Of a stretch of DNA of 64,000 nt, positions 62,253-64,000 are shown in pieces. The stretch is from Octopus vulgaris. Its lineage: Eukaryota. The stretch spans positions 29,698,001 through 29,762,000 of the forward strand of contig OX597837.1 of the NCBI GenBank assembly GCA_951406725.2, given 5' to 3'. Made by a program: the position numbers and the translations under genes. Under the pieces are notes generated by a model. That model was not told the DNA's origin. It saw only the letters and a program-made list of their open reading frames with translations, and did not search any database. Numbering within the stretch: position 1 is the stretch's first letter; the number at the start of each line of letters is the position of its first letter.

Positions 62253-63572
62253 TATAAAATAAATTACAAAGGGTTGTATTTATATAATTTAGAAAATAAC
62301 TTAAATCTCAGCCAGAAATGGCTCAGGCCATGCTTAACTTAATAGCACCACATGACAGAACCTGTTCAGTTATTTTTAACCCTTTAGCACCCAGATAGAT
62401 TTCTTTGTTAAACATATTTAATCACACATTGTTTGTGGCATCAAGATTTAAATAGAGTTTTTGTATATTTTTAGAATGAATGACATTGTAGGGTAGGTGC
62501 GAGAGGTTGGATCCGGTCAGTTTTAACAGAAAACACGTAGAATATTTGAGCTGGATATGGCCGGATTAAATGCTAAAGGGTTGGGTGAAATCAAGTTTTA
62601 GTGGTATCATGGCCCTTTCAAATAGGGATTTGTTGTTGACTGAGATGTATCCAGGTATGGGCAGCTTATCTGGCATCCCTTGAGGAAATTTATCCAGGTT
62701 TCCTTTGAATGGGATGGGACCTTTTTCTTTGATTTGTTTTGGGATAATGTTGAATATATTTCTTTACTACCCACAAGGGGCTAAACATAGAGGGGACAGA
62801 CAAACGGATTAAGTGGATTACATCGACCCCCAGTGCATAACTGGTACTTAATTTATCGACCCCGAAAGGACGAAAGGCAAAGTCGACCTCGGCGGAATTT
62901 GAACCTAGAACGTAACGGCAGACGAAATAAGGCTACACATTTCACCCGACGTGGTAACGTTTCTCCCAGCTCGCCACCTTAAGCACATGAAACTACGGAT
63001 TAAGTGGATTACATCGAGCCCAGTGTGTAACTGGTACTTAATTTATCGACCCCGAAAGGATGAAAGGCAAAGTCGACCTCGGCGGAATTTGAACCTAGAA
63101 CGTAACGGCAGACAAAATACGGCTACGCATTTCGCCCGGCGTGCTAACGATTCTGCCAAATGTTATTGATGTGTGTGTGTGTGTGTGTGTGTGAAATATT
63201 TATGTAAATAAATATAAACATTAGAGATATATGCAAATATAAAGTTTAATCTTTTCATATATTTTGTGTATCAAAGGATTCTTGTATATTATATACAACA
63301 GTAAGAAGCTATAAAACTGATTGTTCTTTACTCAGATATTCTTGGAAAACAAGAAAAGAAAGAAAGGAATTAAGGAGAGGAGGCTGGCAATGTTTGGAAT
63401 ACTTGATCATTTGAAGAGGACAAATAAAAAAAGAAACAATGAAGAATATGGACATTAAACAATTTTGACATTTTTATGGTCAAAATACCTCAAAATATAT
63501 GAGAGAGAGAGGGGGGGAGTAAAAGTGAAAACGGTAAGGAAGAGAAAAAGAATAAATGTGTAATTTATTTAC

Positions 63573-63706
63573 CTTTTTAAATTCTTCGTAAGCACCAAAC
63601 TGAATAGCAGAATATGGGAAAATCCGTAGCATCTGAACCCCATTTCCTTTGTAGAGGCCCAGAAAACCTTCTTTATGAATGACATGTTGTAAGGAAGAAA
63701 AAACAC
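63573..63706 (-). CDS. SLC25A16: SLC25A16 exon (upstream exons lie right of the window)
   Basis: 134 nt; (G)VFSSLQHVIHKEGFLGLYKGNGVQMLRIFPYSAIQFGAYEEFKK; TAG|..|GTAAAT. Confidence 0.95.
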
Positions 63707-63756
63707 CTAAAAGAAAAAGAAAAATAATAAGCATATCAATATATAATAAGCATATA

Positions 63757-63935
63757 GGCGCAGGAGTGGCTGTGTGGTAAGTAGCTTGCTAACCAACCAC
63801 ATGGTTCCGGGTTCAGTCCCACTGCGTGGCACCTTGGGCAAGTGTCTTCTACTATAGCCCCGGGCCGACCAATGCCTTGTGAGTTGATTTGGTAGACGGA
63901 AACTGAAAGACGCCGGTCGTATATATGTATGTATG

Positions 63936-63978
<43 letters not shown>

Positions 63979-64000
63979 GTGTTTGTGTGTCTGTGTTTGT
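63757..64000 (+). mobile_element. SINE family A (runs off the window)
   Basis: 5' half of the consensus. Confidence 0.9.

Overview
Eukaryotic, AT-rich, repeat-saturated genomic DNA; the SINE, RTE and microsatellite repertoire looks like Octopus or another coleoid cephalopod (recognition, not a database result). Three host genes are present. (1) The first coding exon of an M14B metallocarboxypeptidase (carboxypeptidase E-like) lies on the minus strand at about 4.85-5.18 kb and continues off the left edge. (2) A complete 7-exon TFAM gene lies on the plus strand (ATG 12737 to stop 35710, 278 aa, all junctions GT-AG and in phase) with an unusually long lysine-rich, histone-H1-like C-terminal tail. 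(3) The last six coding exons of the mitochondrial carrier SLC25A16 lie on the minus strand (63706 to 47934), convergent with TFAM. The rest is mostly mobile DNA: three tRNA-derived SINE families, a young 5'-truncated RTE LINE whose RT carries an inserted PHD finger, CR1/Tx1/Penelope fragments, Merlin-, hAT-, piggyBac- and mariner-type MITEs, two non-autonomous Helitrons, minisatellites and many fold-back repeats. The most striking unexplained signal is a set of minimal type-I hammerhead ribozyme motifs from several Penelope/retrozyme-like families in and around TFAM, including a non-coding ~353-bp retrozyme-like tandem unit in TFAM intron 2. Almost all ORFs in the supplied track are repeat artefacts.
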